DNA of 64,000 bases from Trichoplax adhaerens (lineage: Eukaryota > Animalia > Placozoa). The stretch spans positions 4,820,336 through 4,884,335 of the forward strand of contig NW_002060948.1 of NCBI RefSeq assembly GCF_000150275.1, given 5' to 3'. Both the position numbers and the translations under genes were made by a program. The notes below the pieces were generated by a model. The model searched no databases, had not been told where the DNA came from, and worked only from the letters and a program-made list of their open reading frames with translations. Below are positions 13,301 to 28,326 of this stretch, in pieces (the first letter of the stretch is position 1; each line of letters starts with the position of its first letter).

Positions 13301-16300
13301 AGTTCGCCTGCGTAACCCAAAATTTTATACTAGAAACAGTACAAATGCGCCATCTCATCTTTTAGGCACCTACTGCACTCCTGCAATTAGCTGAAATCAT
13401 CGCTTTCTCATGTATTATTATTAATATTAAAGTAAAATTGAAATACGGAAATTTCTGAAACTAATTTCAAAGCCTGGCATTATTTTACGTTATGTCAGTA
13501 AAATATCTCTATGGCAAAGAGTAGTATCTTTTGTTGCTAGTTTAATATCAAATAAGCCATAAGTCTTTTTCTTATTCTATACACTTGTATAGCATGCATA
13601 AAAGATAGTAGTGGTTTATTTTCGATCAATTTCAATGTAAACTATTATGTATATCACCTTTTATCAAATCAATCGCTAATCTTGTGGGGTGCAAAACATC
13701 TGCGCTTTTAAGATATTACCTAAAATAAAATTAGCTTATTAAGTATATCTAAGGAAATAAATGTATGTAGACACTATTATGATGCTATTGTGACTCAAAC
13801 ATACTGACATGTGTTAAACTAGTTTCTATATCATTTATTGTTCCAATACGTATACCTTCCTTGCCCTGATTTCTCATAATTCCGTGTAATTATATAATAA
13901 GCATCTTTTGATTTAATGATTATATGGATGAATCAAAACTATAGATCAACGTGGAAATGATGTAAACTCCAATATACGTCTTTAGAACGATATTATCTTA
14001 GTAAGTGCTAGCTCTATCTTTCGTTCAATTGGTACCGGGCTGTACCATTATGCAATATAAATCAACCAAACAATGGGTAATAATGATATAGCAGCTCAGT
14101 ATCTAAGTTAACGCATTGAATTGCGATCAATAATTGATAATAAATTTAAGCTTGATAGAATATTTCTTATTTAAATTAATCGCTTTGCTTATTTGCTATT
14201 TAAGTAAAATTTCAAATGTAATTAGTGAAGTTTCTGCCAGCACAATAGAAAAATTTCGATAATAATTTTAATATCGTAGATGATTTAATATTGTACGAAG
14301 GGTTCTGAATAATATACTTTAATATGAGTCGATTAGAGCTGTAGTAGAACTAAATAATGTGCTATAGTCAGGGCAGAAAATGATTTATTTCATATTCGCA
14401 GACAGCGATATGGATCTTCTATTCCATCAAATGAGATAAGTTATGTAACAATTGACCGTATAGTAAACTTTTCAATTCATATCTAACGTAGTAAGAGGCC
14501 TAAGCTACAAAAAAAATCATGAATTTCCAAATATGAAGTAATAAAGGGCGAAATAGTAAAAGTATACTATATCGTATTTCGCTATAGCCCTAGGATTTCC
14601 TCCACATGAAAAAAAGAAATGCTGGGGCAAGACTGAATAATTTCCTAACTGCTAGATGACCTTATATAGTAGAACCATATGGTTTTATTACTAAACTAAA
14701 AATAATCTGAACTTAAACATTTGCCTGTAAATTATCTCAATATAAACTATAACTTACCAATTAAGTAGTATTTAGCGCTTGATATTTAGACTGGAATACG
14801 AACAAGCAACGATAGAATAATAATACAAAGTTGTACGTACACTTTTTTACAAAGATGATTTACTTTATCATCTTATGAATTCATATTTGAACAATTTTTA
14901 AATTTTATACCTGTATTTATGGAATTATTGACGATCCTTGCTATTATTACAGTAAATTCTTAAATACGTTTGCGTTAAAATTGTTAGTAACAGAGAGTGT
15001 AAACAACGTCCAATTGAGGTAAAATTAGTGCGGATTTACAATATAAATTTTAATCAGTATCTAATAAGAGAATATTAAATTTTAACCAGCCATTGATACT
15101 CAAGTATTGCTATTTTCCTGGACAGAAAAATTTAATAAGTTTCTACAGAGTGAAAGCAAATTTCCATAATTCTAGGTTATCTTACTTTCAAAAAAATTTT
15201 CTAGATATCGATCTTTTAAGTCAGATCAGTAGTTTTGTATACTTAGACCAAAGCCGATAATCAAATTCAAAAAATTATGTCATCGTCTACAATATTAGAG
15301 TGTAGAATTCATAGCATCTGTTTTATCTGATAGATCGACAGTTAGTTCAAGTCTCTATCGAATACAATCATCGATATCTCTTGGAATAAAGCCATTATAT
15401 GGCTCTCTATTTAAAAATTTTTATTTCATATGCAGCTAACAAAATCCTTTCAAGCAGTAAAGCATAAAGTTTATAGTTTCGTCTCAAAAGCATTTTATTA
15501 AAGACCTGGTAAAGTAACGGTACTCTAAATATAATTTCTTTAAAGAATTAGGAAACTATACTAGCGAGTAAGCTGTTGTCACTTTTGTTGGCTTAACAGA
15601 GAAGTATTTTAATATCAACAAGGGAAATCAGATTCTTAATAATGATCTTCTAGAAAGAAGTAAAGACAGATTTACCTACTCATTAAATTTACGATAACTA
15701 TGCATAAAATCATATGCGTTAATGATGCTAAAGATGAAAATATATTTAATTAATTCAATTGGTACATGTACTGAAATATCTGAAAAAGAACAGTTTACGG
15801 CAAGCTATATAAAATTAAAATCGAGCAACTACTACTAGAAGAGTCACTAAACTTCTACTAGTTAAAATCTCCTAAATATGATTTCATTCCTCGTACCAAA
15901 CTCAATTATAAAAAGTTGAATTTGAATGCTATGTCAGTATTGTATATATACCTTTTCCGGAGAGAACATCCATACAAATTTTTAGCAGAGCAAAATATAA
16001 TCTTCCACTGCAAAAATTGCGGATAATATGGTATTTGTAGTGGATTAAATTACAATCTAAAATGAAAATGATGTAACCTACCACTTTTTAAGGTTAAGCA
16101 GTATACAATAACTACCACAATAATAATATGCTAGAATAGAATGAGTACAGTATATGTTTACAAATCTGAGCTAATGTAGTGTGCACTATAGGAGAATCTT
16201 AGCTTAAAATTGAAGGAATTTAACAAACGCGTATTCTTAACTCTTAACTTCTCAATATACGAGTCCTGCGAGTAAGATATTTATTCCATCTAAGTCCAAC

Positions 16301-18466
16301 TTTACTACGATCATACTAGTCACTTTCTGTATCAAAGCAAACGGATATGTCCACATTCCTCACTAAATTGTAAAACATTTACTATTACATCTACAATACT
16401 GTGCTAATACGCTTACTTGTTGCTTTTAAACTCTATCTGATAATTCAAACGGGATATATCATTGCTATTCAAGGTCATTAACTTTATATAATGAATTCTT
16501 GAAATTACTGGTAGCAAAAAACTTTACTGAATTAATAATTAACATTAGCTAATATGCATGTATTTCACTCTCCAAGTGATCAGCACTAAAGCGAACAACA
16601 CTATAGACCATCTCATCTTCTAAATAGCCAAGTTTTGGTTGCTAGGTAACTATTCCCAAGACAATTTATCCCCTTTATAGGTAATATACCAGCAATCTCC
16701 AATTTTATAAGCCAGCAATCATTACTTCTAGAAGTCTAAAGAAATAATTCTAATGCTATTACTAATATATTTTATATTGTATATGTTACAATATATTTAT
16801 TAACTGGTGAGATTATGTGTTTATGGTTTGTCTTCAAGTTTCGTATAAATGACCGATCATCACTTGGCAAAGAATTAATGTTATTAATTTATATCCTGTT
16901 TTTGATGAGTACTAAAGTATTTCATGTTGCACATATACCCTTCTTAACTTACTGGTGAGATCATGTGTATATGATTTATTAATATATTTCTGTAATAGAT
17001 TAATTAAGAAAATAAAAATTTAGCGAACGGTAAATTAGGATGAGAAGGCTCAAATACCTTACGTACAGTATCATATATTTTAAGCCATGACTGATAGCCT
17101 CTAAACTTTCTCATAATTATCATCATTATGGAGCGATTTCATAACATACGAGTACATCTCACTGTTTATCAATAGAAATTAAGCGATCATATGTAGCTGA
17201 AAAATAAGCAGCGTAAGGCTATGTAATTCCCAAAAATATAAATCCCGTAGCAGCAGTGAGAGTATTACAGCTTTATATGAACAATCCGTTGTCATATAGT
17301 AAAAAGTGAGAAGTAGTGATATGAATGGGCTGTTATTTTTGCCGTAATATTTCCAGTAGTAATCATTCCTTTTACAGGAAACGGCTAGCCAAAATTAGTG
17401 CGGTAAGCCTGGTCAGAAATAATAGGTACAGTACCGCTAGTTGAAAGATCAGCAAATTCATTCAATTTAATATTTTTTTGACAGTCAATAAATGAAGAAA
17501 GGAGAGTAGTTTCTATTAGAAATTGGAAAGATACGTCAGTGCGCTAGCCGGTAAATTTGTTCAAGAGATGCAGACTGCAAAGTTACTATCCTGCACTACC
17601 GATGTAAGTTGTAGTTGTTCATCTTGTAGCAGCTTTTCATTTTGGAAATAGACTGGATAGAAATATATTGACTGTACGATGTATATTTCTACATTTCAAT
17701 CGAACAAGCCACATTGCTTTCACGCATATAACATAAAATACTTAATTACTTAGCAACGATCACTGCCAACAAAGTCAATAAAGATCAAAAGAAAGTGTAA
17801 TTTCACGTAAAATACAGTTCTACAGCGGCTTATCGTAAAACATTGCCCAATATATAACTATGATTAAAGAAGTTGAATTCCTTCGTTATCATATAAAATG
17901 TAATATTAATTTCAAAATAAAATAAACTGCGTAAATTAATCAGCTGTAAAAGCATGCTTTACTGCCTATAATAAACTATGCGTTAAAATTATAGCATTTA
18001 ATACCATATTAGTGCAATACTATAGTTCAGCTCATGTCCTTTTAAGCTACCTTCGGATGTGAAAACTTTTAGAATTATATTGACTAGTAATGTTTTCTAT
18101 ATCCCTTTTGTATCATTGAATTCGTCATTTGTAACCGTAGTCAGTTCATACTTTAGACAGAAGGCTAATTCTCAGTTGGAGATCGAATTGTTCGTTAATC
18201 CATCGTATATAGGTACAACGTTTGGATGTTAGAGGATGTACGCCAGAAATATTCACTAGCATAAACTCTTTCTAGCAATTTTGACCATCATTTACACTTT
18301 ATGTAAGCACCAGCCTGCACATTTTCTTTCTCATTTAGTCCCTGCCACAAATGATAAAAACTATTTTCTTCCAATAGTAAAATTTAAGTGAATCTGTTCC
18401 ATCTTAAACTATAACATTAAATAGAAAAACTTTTAGACACTAGTATCTTAATACCTCCGTTTTGAG

Positions 18467-20370
18467 ATGGCGTGTGAAACTGAAACAGAGGTCCCCGAAC
18501 CGAATCCACATTGGGTCAATTCAAGTTTGATAACAGCTTGGTCGACGGCTTTCCAAATCCATAACTATTTTTTTGCCGCCTGTTTCCTCATCTTGACTGT
18601 TTACGCTGGCATTTGTCTGCTGACATACGGCAAAGTTTTATTTAAAAAGCATTTCTACTTTGCCATTAATGGCATGCTATTATTTCTTGGTATAGTTCGA
18701 ACATGCTTTTTAATAATTGATCCATACGAATCTGCTAATGCTCTTCATCGTTATGGTAATGAGACCTACATGCTACCGATAGGATCACGTCTGCTATTTG
18801 GATTGGGGTATCCGTGTTTAACATCAGCTTTTTCACTCATTTTTTTGGCTATTTTTAACTGTGTTAGAGTCAAAGTGGTTTCTCCTAAAATACATCGTCC
18901 CGTGGTTATCATAGCAATCGTAGTAATTCACTTTACGGTAAGAAAATACAAACAATATTATACTAAGAAATTCAATTCGACAGAGTTTATTAAGATCAAG
19001 GTTATGACACAATATGATACTGAAAAGTATTTTTACCATATCTTAAATATTCTTCAACATAGCAATCTGCTTCACGGGCTGTTATTAATAAGAACTACCC
19101 TTCTAGTGCAAGTTTCTGCACCCTATTTTAATACCTGTAATGTATGGGTTCTTAACCCAATTATGTAATTTATGTGAACCTTATCATCCTTTTAGCTAAT
19201 GTAATTGATACTTAATTTATTAAGACATGCAGTTCCACTCTATATACTGCTCTATCACTGTATTTTTCTTACAAATGACTACTGTAATTAACTAAAATCA
19301 CTACAGCACTACTCCACTTTATTTTATTACACAAACAACAAAAGAAAATATCAATCAGTACATTTTAGTGATTAGGCTAACTTGATCTACCATACTTCAT
19401 TTTTCGAGAATAAATTGGCCAGTAGCATCTACTGCATTCTGCAATTATAGAAAATGGCAACAAGACAATAAATAATCACATTTTCTGAGTTAGAATCAAA
19501 GCCTACTTTATAACTTCTGCATAATCGTGTGTACTTCAAACTCGATACTATTTAATAGCCGATATGTTGAACGGCATTGTGATTTTATTACTAGGAATAA
19601 CATATCCGATTATAAGTGCAACGCCCCATTTTAGGAATAACTATTGGACGCTTTAGTTTAGTATAACTTACACTTTAAACAGATACAATCATAAGAAAAC
19701 TATAAATTATCACCAAGTAAAATCGCGATAAAACCATTGGGGGTACAGCAGTAGTCTGAATTACTAACAAAACAATTCCTTCATTTATTCATAGATTGTA
19801 CTGGTAGCGGATATAACTACTGCGCTCTGTGGTAACGCTAAAATGTTACTGGTTGTATGTCAAAGCTTTTTCATCATTTGGGGAGTTATCCTTTGTACAG
19901 CTTATTTAGTGTGTGGATATCGTATATTAGCATTTACAAGCAGAAATAGTAAAACCTTAGTGACACTCTCGGCAAGTAGTACTTATTTCAATATCCAGGA
20001 ACAAAGTCTGCAAAAAAAGTCGATTAGCGGTAAAGTATCCAAGGCAATCATTACATCAACATCTTTCCCTAAATCTATACCAAAAACTGTCCATAAAACT
20101 TTAAGAATAACCATATTAACAGCATTATTGGGATTAATATGCGTTATACTGAACTGTTATTCTCTCTTTGGAATCTATGGGGTCTTAGCACCTCCGCATT
20201 TCCCAGATCCATGGCTATGGTTGATTTATCAAACGATGTTTCGATTTTTTGAGCTATCTATGGCTGTGGTCATGGCGTATACTACCAACGGATCCAAAAA
20301 GAAACGCCCTAAAAGTTCCCGGTCTTCATTTAAAACTGCAGCTGATGGATTGAGTGCCTCTAAGGCATAG
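18467..20370 (+). CDS. PRRT3/PRRT4-like 7-TM protein, paralogue B (348 aa); exons 18467-18937, 19795-20370
   Basis: Donor ACG|GTAAGA, acceptor ATAG|ATT, phase 0; same motifs and intron position as A. Confidence 0.87.
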
Positions 20371-23331
20371 TTTCAGTGGCAAGATCTTGCATTATTAAAT
20401 TTACTTTGATGAGTTAGGTGATCGATGTTAAGGAAAAGTGGCCACTAGCCTCACTTTACCGAAAAGTAACATTATCGCCTCAACTAAATATTAAAGTTAA
20501 AAATATTAATATGCGTATTTTATACGCATCAGCTGTATTGCAAGTATTGTCATGACTGCTGATCTTTCATCCTAACTACATGAAAAGCAGTCAGTGATAA
20601 ATTTTTACCAAGTGGAATGAATTGTCCTGTGCCTATTTTTAATAGTGAACGTTATCTAAGAGATATACGGTAATTATTGCAACCTAGTTACTTTTTCAAT
20701 AAATCTTATTAATATACTATAAATCCTTCATTTGCATGCTGATAGAAGACAACGATTTAATCTTTTATCTACTAAAAGTAACTACACTAAACCAGATTTA
20801 AAATTTATACCCTGATTTAGAAACAAAATTGCTTTGAAGTAAAAGTTCCGTCATCGAATAGCTTACTGCGTTCGCCATTAAATTGCTCTTATGTACAGTG
20901 CTCCATCGTAGCAATTATAGTTTAGTATTAACCTTCAAATAAGAACATTTATTTGTTTGGCAAATGCCTTTATAATGATGGTGGCTAGACTTCTTAACAT
21001 AGTTAGAAACAAAAGTAAACTATAAGAGAAGTAAGGCCGGTCAAAAGTGCTTTTAATATAATATTGCATTACGATTTAACAGCACAAATGAAATATTAAT
21101 ATAAAGATTGAAATTATTCAAGCTACACTCTTTCCAAGTTGAACGGATGCTGAGCAATAAGAATTTTTCAAAATTACTTTTACACTGGATAAATCAAAAT
21201 AATGAAAAAGAATACACTGTACAAATATTGAAGGAAGTGGTATCAATGTTATATTTTTAGTTTTGCTAGTTGCTAGTCGATATCGATTATGGAATAATGG
21301 TCGAACGGAGTTGTTAATAGGATTGATCAATAATATAACTGTTACGGTCAATCCCGGATATGCATCGACTTCACTCTATTAGCTAAACGATATAGAAAGC
21401 ATGCTATAGTTAGCATTAAAGTATTCAAGATCAGTTTTGATCAAGTGTTTGAAATTAATCCCATAAAATGATTTGCTAGTTACTGAACTTGAAAATTGCT
21501 GTCTACAAGTATATAGAAATGAATAATATTACGAAGTTAGTTCTCGATATCGTTTCCAGATGAAAGTAAAAATATGATTCGTTAAAAAAATTGCAATTAC
21601 TCACTCTGCTTAAGAATGGTCTCATCATGTAGCATGATTGACTATATCTTGACTCGATCTCACTAATAAAACTGTGCCTAACTAGTTCTAGGTAAAAATC
21701 GGCTTTATTACAGTTTAAGATAAGGAGCTTTATGTAAAGTATGGACTTACTAAAGGTAATATTAAGGTGAACGTTAAATAGATTAAAGTACTGAAATTCC
21801 TTCAGTTTTGTTCTCATATTTTAAAAAAGTTTTCGTTTGCTTACTGAGATACAACTTTACAATATCTTCTTCATAATCATTACGGCTTATAAACCAAATC
21901 TTTGAAATTAATACTGTAGCAATTAAATAGCCCAACCACACTTTAAAGCTAGAAATAGAAATTAATCATTGTCGGCATTTGGTTAATTTAAAGACTAGAA
22001 ATTGCTATCGTAAAGTACTAAACGTCCGTAATCAGTTTCTATACTTAAATAACAAAAACCATCAAATTTTTGAAACAAATTCTACCGAATATACATCTAC
22101 TCTACTTTAGTTAATCATGCTTCAAAATGACCTAATCGTAATATTTATTTTACATTGCCAACGTGAATATAGAAGATATTAAGATGCTGAAATTTATCAA
22201 CACAGATCATACTCCACTTCATTCGGGAAGATTGCGTCATAAAAATATTAGTAATTAATTTATATGAGTGAATTTAACAAAATTTATAATTTAGACAATA
22301 ATTTATAAACTATGCTACGCTTATTTTAAGACTATTGAGGCATTCGATACAGTTTAATTTTAGCAACAGGAAAATATAAGAGCTGCAAGAAAATAAATAA
22401 ATTACATAGATAAACATTAAGTGTTTATGTATGTGCAATAAACAGGACAGCTATTAAAAGGATTATTATAGTATGCGTAATTATTTGGCCATATATCGTA
22501 CAGATAACTCGGTACAATGCAGCACGCTACATATTTTTAAGGATAAATTCAAATTTTAAACCCCCCAAAATTATAATCAGTAATAATTTTAGTAATGATA
22601 GAAACTTATTACAACGATGACCATGTAAACATCTCAACAAACTAGAATATGTATAGCATTATAGATTATTCTGTTACAGATATTAGAAGCCAATTAGATA
22701 CTATAACAAAATTTTTTTACAGTTCCTCTTGCATCTTCGCTTCTATTGAATAGCATGATTAGATCATACATTGATAGATGTTATTTAGTGATAAAGAAAG
22801 TAAAAATGGGACACAAAAATCGAGATATCCTCCACTACTTGTAAAGTATTGTTAGCATTATCACATTACATAAAATGATTGTTTAATAAATTGAGAATCT
22901 TTAATATCTATTATAGTATTTAAATTTCGTAAAACCACCTCAATTAAGCAATGGCAACAGCCTAGATTAGTTTTTTCTGTCTCAAAGCATAATGAACTGT
23001 AAGAATTTCATAAATATTTGACAGAAAAGAAACACCTGGTGCACGAACTAAAGCCAGGAATTTGTTTTTACAGACTCGAATTTCACTAAAACATCTATAT
23101 TATATAAAAACAGTATCCTTCATTACTTCAATACTATTTGAAGCTATACAGAATCGGTTAGACTATTGCTGATTTTAAATCTATTTAAAGATAAGAGATT
23201 TTTTTATTATTATAAAATTTACTATTAACATTTGAAACCAACTTAAAATATGACTGCACCTAATTATATTGTGCTGATGAGCAATAGAAAGGATTAAATC
23301 TGACAAGGTAGGACTGTATATCATACCGACC

Positions 23332-25905
23332 CTATACTTTCCAATCCGCTGTGCGAATTGCAGTAGTTTTACTAGATAGAGTACCATTTTTTGATGGTCG
23401 ATTAGTAGTATATGCCATAACAACAGCCATACCTAATTCTACTATTCTAAAAAGACTTTGATACATGAGCCAAGGCCAAGGTGCTGGAAAATGTGGTGGT
23501 GCTAAAACGCCATATATGCCAAATAGTGAATAAATATTCATGATAACACAACACATACCTAATATCGCAGAATACATCGTGATTCTAGTTATTTTTTTTA
23601 CACTTGTACACACTGCTGTTGATTTAGGAGCTATAGAAGACTTCTTTCGTAGTCTAACATAGGAAGAATTTGGCATAATACCGGCAGTAGTGGATGATGT
23701 TGATGTTGATACTGTTGCCGATTGCACTGCTAGTACTTTATGGCTGCATTTAGTAAAGGATAAAATACGATAGCCACAGATTAGGTACGATACACAAATA
23801 ACTGCACCCCAAATAATGAAGAAACTTTGACAGACTATCAGTAAATCTTTATATCCGCCACAGAAGGCAACTGTTGTATCAGCTGAGATAACAATCTAAA
23901 ATAGGAAAGGTCAAGCACGGCAGCTATTAAAAATCATAAAATTATGAAATTGATCTATAATTTTGTTTTGTATACTTTCAGAAATTTATTTACGATTTAC
24001 AATAGCTATTTGGCATTAAATATATCCACGAAATCTATAGCCTAAAGTATAGGAAGATCAATCTAATATGCTGCCCACTGCAAAAACTTAAGCCTTCAAG
24101 TATCATCACATTCTTCTCTATCATCAGATCGGACGTAAAACACATCTACTGATAATTATGTAATATAAGCTACAGATGGTTCAAAATTAACAAGATATTC
24201 TATATATTATCAATAAAATCATATGAAAGCGTTAATAAATATTTTAAGTACAGGAAGCTTGTAATTGAATGCAACAAGGCTTTACAAGGCCCAATAAAAG
24301 ATACTTTGTGTTCTTCAAGTAGTACATTGACTACCATATTAGAGATTCGTTCTGCAAACTGAAAGATTTACTTTTTTACAGAAGTAGTATTTTTAATTTG
24401 AATATAAAAGGATCTGATTTTTATATTATGCCTTCTGTTTTCAATAAATAGAAATGATTGATTTATAGTCATTCATCAACTGGAATTCACTATTAAAAAT
24501 TAATTCACATAGAAAATGATAGGGACATCAAAAAACAATATAAGACCGTTTGCTATCAATTATGAAACTAATCCACTGCTATTTTTGCACCAATTTGCTG
24601 CGATGGCATGATTGAAATACTGATGAGAGAAGAAGGATAGTAGTAAGGGTAGCTCATAATTACTGATGTAATAATTAAAAACAGTGTCAAATTCTACTTT
24701 AAATAGCGAATCAACAAGCGAAAAGTAACACCGATTAACTAGGGATGACTAAACCATATAGATTCCATCATTTTTAGAAAAGACGGCTAGCCACTAAACT
24801 AATATTTACCATATAATGTTACAGTTATGTGAATAAGCAAATTTTTCACTATAATACATACTTTCTAACAGACAATTTCATTAAAATTAAAGGCTATGCC
24901 CGTTGCCTAATTGGAAATATATCATTTGATATTTTCAATTTAAGAACATACGATAATATTTGATTTAATTTCAACCCAAGCCCTTAGTCGTGCTCTGTAA
25001 AATTGGTAACGCTATTTTTATGCCATGAAATTAGTGCTATTGTACAAGACAGATAATTTATTAGTATATCTGTAATAGATATTAACAAGGTTATTAACAT
25101 CATATTGCTAGATCGTTATATAAATTTTATCTCAGGCGCTAGTATGTAGGAAAAGCGTTGTAGAAGAAAACTATAGGATACTACTCGGGCGTTACATAAT
25201 TTAGCCTAAAATCTAATTTAAGTAAATAATTTTCAAGTCTAGCTGCTTCAAAATCAAAAATACAATTATCGTAATAGTGACAGTAAATTAATGGTAATCA
25301 TTTAAGCATTGGAAATTTAGAAAATGTGATAAATTCTTTAAGATCTGGCTAAAATGAAATTTTGGCCATGAAAACCTTTTAAGGAGCATAGGAAATAAAA
25401 CTAGATTAACGATTAGATCATGACATAAACTTACAGCAAAATGAAGCGTTATGATAGATATAATGAGAGCTGGATGTTGTACTTTCTTAGAGACAGCTTT
25501 GACTTTAACGCAATTTATGATAGCTAAGAATATTAAGGTAAACGCAGAAGTTAAGCAAGGATAACCTAAGCCATGAAGAACTCTAGTTGTCACCGGCAAC
25601 AAATGAGTATCATTGCCAAAACGTTGCAAACCATTGCCCGACTCATAGGGATCATAGATGAGAAAAGCCGTTCTTACTACAGCAAAAAAGATCAAAAGGA
25701 AATTTATTGCCAAAAAAAAACGCTTTTTAAAGACTCTTCTACCATGATCTACTATTGAAACGAGAGCATATATACCAATACATCCAAAACATGTCGCAAA
25801 AAAGTAAATATGAAATTGAAATACGATAAACCAAGAATGTGTAGCACTTGAATTAACCCAGTGTGGATTAGGTTCAGGTACAGCAGCATCTACTTGACAT
25901 GGCAT
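23332..25905 (-). CDS. PRRT3/PRRT4-like 7-TM protein, paralogue C (344 aa); exons 25905-25435, 23895-23332
   Basis: Donor GCT|GTAAGT, acceptor TTTAG|ATT, phase 0; in-frame TAA five codons upstream of the ATG. Confidence 0.87.
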
Positions 25906-28326
25906 ATTTATTGTACAAATTTATTTTTATCGACTAAACTAACAAAGCAAGACAGTGAAAAGAACGGGGGAAATGATCCAGATATATCCAATTAGGAATA
26001 AATGAACAAAACCGATGATCAAAGGATTTTCGAAAGTATTATTACTTACTAGTGCGTAATAGCAAATTTAAGGCTTAAAAATTTTGTCGTTCTTACTTCA
26101 AAAATAAGTACAATAAGTGAAAAAGGAATAAGATATCTAGAAATATTTTATCTCCTTGTATTTGTAATTTGAAGTTTACTTCACCGACTAAGAAGTAATT
26201 AAATGTTTAAGAAAGTATTCGTAAGAATAAAATTTTAAATTATTTCACTGCTGTAACTATGCATGGAAAATCTTGCAAACGCAAAGAGAGAAATAATAAA
26301 ATGATAATGGTAAAGAAGAAATGTTTATGGAGATAAATTCAGCTCTAACCGAGGCTAGTATATAAATCACTGCACCGAAGTAATAAATCAATTACACAAA
26401 TTTTTATCAGTTTAACCAATATTAATCTAAAAGACGCTGGCAATAATAAACCAAAGGCTAACAATGTGCTGACTTTTATAGCAAATAAAGTGGGATGGAG
26501 ACATGTAGTCAAAAATTGCAAAGCTTAATATAAAATCTTTTAAGTTTTCTGAAATATGATTATTAATAATTCCTGTGCCGGAACAAGTGCTATAGAATCA
26601 ATGATATTACTATATTATTAAATGCTATTTTTTGTTGATATCGATAAAAATAATGACAAAAAATAATTTATTAAATCCTTGAATAAAATAATAAAATATT
26701 AATGAAGACGAATATCACATACAGCTACAAACTTAAATCAGTTCGACTAGGCCTTGCGGTCGATGACAGCTATCGACCACATTAAAAATCAACAATTATT
26801 TATGCTGAATTATATTCAATGCTATCGTAAATAAAAAAAGGTTGGCATAATAACTCTTCTATTGTTACTATTTTGTAGATATATATTGTCATCATCATCT
26901 AGGAAAATAAAATCAATGGAGGCCTTGACACTAGTACCCCTCCCTATATACTATATCTACTGCTTGATTAAAATATATCTACGACTGCCATCAGGGGCTA
27001 ATATGAAAGTAAGATTTCGTAGGACAAAACTCTACTGTAGGTCAAGCTGTTTCTGATAATAATTGGTATGAAACAGGTTAAAATTTAATATTTTTCCGGA
27101 GCTTAAGCTCATTTTTCATCATCAATATTGATTACGACCCGAAGATATAAAGTTGAGAATTATTTATTTATGTATCGATGGGTTACTATCATGTCTGACC
27201 AGATGTTACTGCTTTTATTGATAAGTACTGTTATATTATGATATTATAGAGTGAGATAATCAATAAGATTGAAAAGTTGTTATGATCATCAATATTAATA
27301 CCAAGATACTGTATGCTAGTTTTTGTAAGGAATAGTGAATTAGAGCGGAAGACATACGTAATATTACGGCTAACTATTGCTCTAACAGAATGGTGCTGTA
27401 ATATTAGATTAATAGTAGTATTATTTATTCTAAACTTTTCCAATTCATTCAATTAGCTTGATATTGAATCGAAACAATTACAAAATTAGCGTTAACTCAA
27501 ATAAATTATTTGAATAGAATGCATGAGACCTCAACTTCTATTAGTCTATATTCACTATCCTATTATTTAGCAGATGTTTTCCATCAAATGTCAATTAATA
27601 TAGATAATTATTATTATCTATTCAAAATGTTATCATATTATAATTTTACCATTTGGCTGTTTTTTAATAAACAATTGGCTTATATAACTAATTGGAACTG
27701 ACTAGACCAATTTCAATGATTTATGGGAAAGAACCATTAGGAAGTTACACTCATATTCACAGATATTAGTAATATTTCATGAACATGTAATCATGATCTC
27801 GCCCTTTGTCATTCTCTTCATTGACGAGCTTGTGTATTATAATTACTTATGGAGTATAATTTTAACTACAAGAATACTTGATCAAAACTCTTTATGGGAA
27901 AAATTATGACGATTCTATCTTCAACGTTGCAAAACTTAAAATGTGTAGTCAGTCTTATATATGAGTGTGCTATCCACAAGTACGTTTGTGAACGAAGAAC
28001 TTTCTTCTATTCGATTTGATTATAGTTTTGCTCCTAGAATTCTTATTAGCCTACTATAGTTTATTTTCATAGGCAAAGCGATATACCATTGAATAAAGTT
28101 CAATTAACCCTACAACAGACGATGCTATTTTAAACGGATGATGTTACTGCATCAAGAATTATAACTTTAATTTTTACATATATAAAATCAAACATCATAA
28201 AATTGATATAAAATCTAATAAAATTTAATCAATAACTTGTATGTAGGAATCTTATATTAAATTTCGAAGGTTAGAGTTTTATTAGTCTATCACCAAGCAA
28301 TTAGAGTTGACATAGGTATTCGTCAG

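Noticed and set aside
16803-16977. Short repeat actggtgagat.atgtgt.tatg.ttt, 148 bp apart
   Set aside because: Only about 27 bp of similarity; too little to interpret.
10400-18400. 8-kb gap as site of a fifth paralogue or pseudogene
   Set aside because: No family motifs (DPYES, YPCL, PWxW) seen by eye; a tBLASTn would be needed to exclude highly decayed relics.
18938-19168. C-terminal extension of ORF 18467-19168 (likewise 25288-25434)
   Set aside because: Read-through into the intron; paralogue similarity stops at the GT donor.
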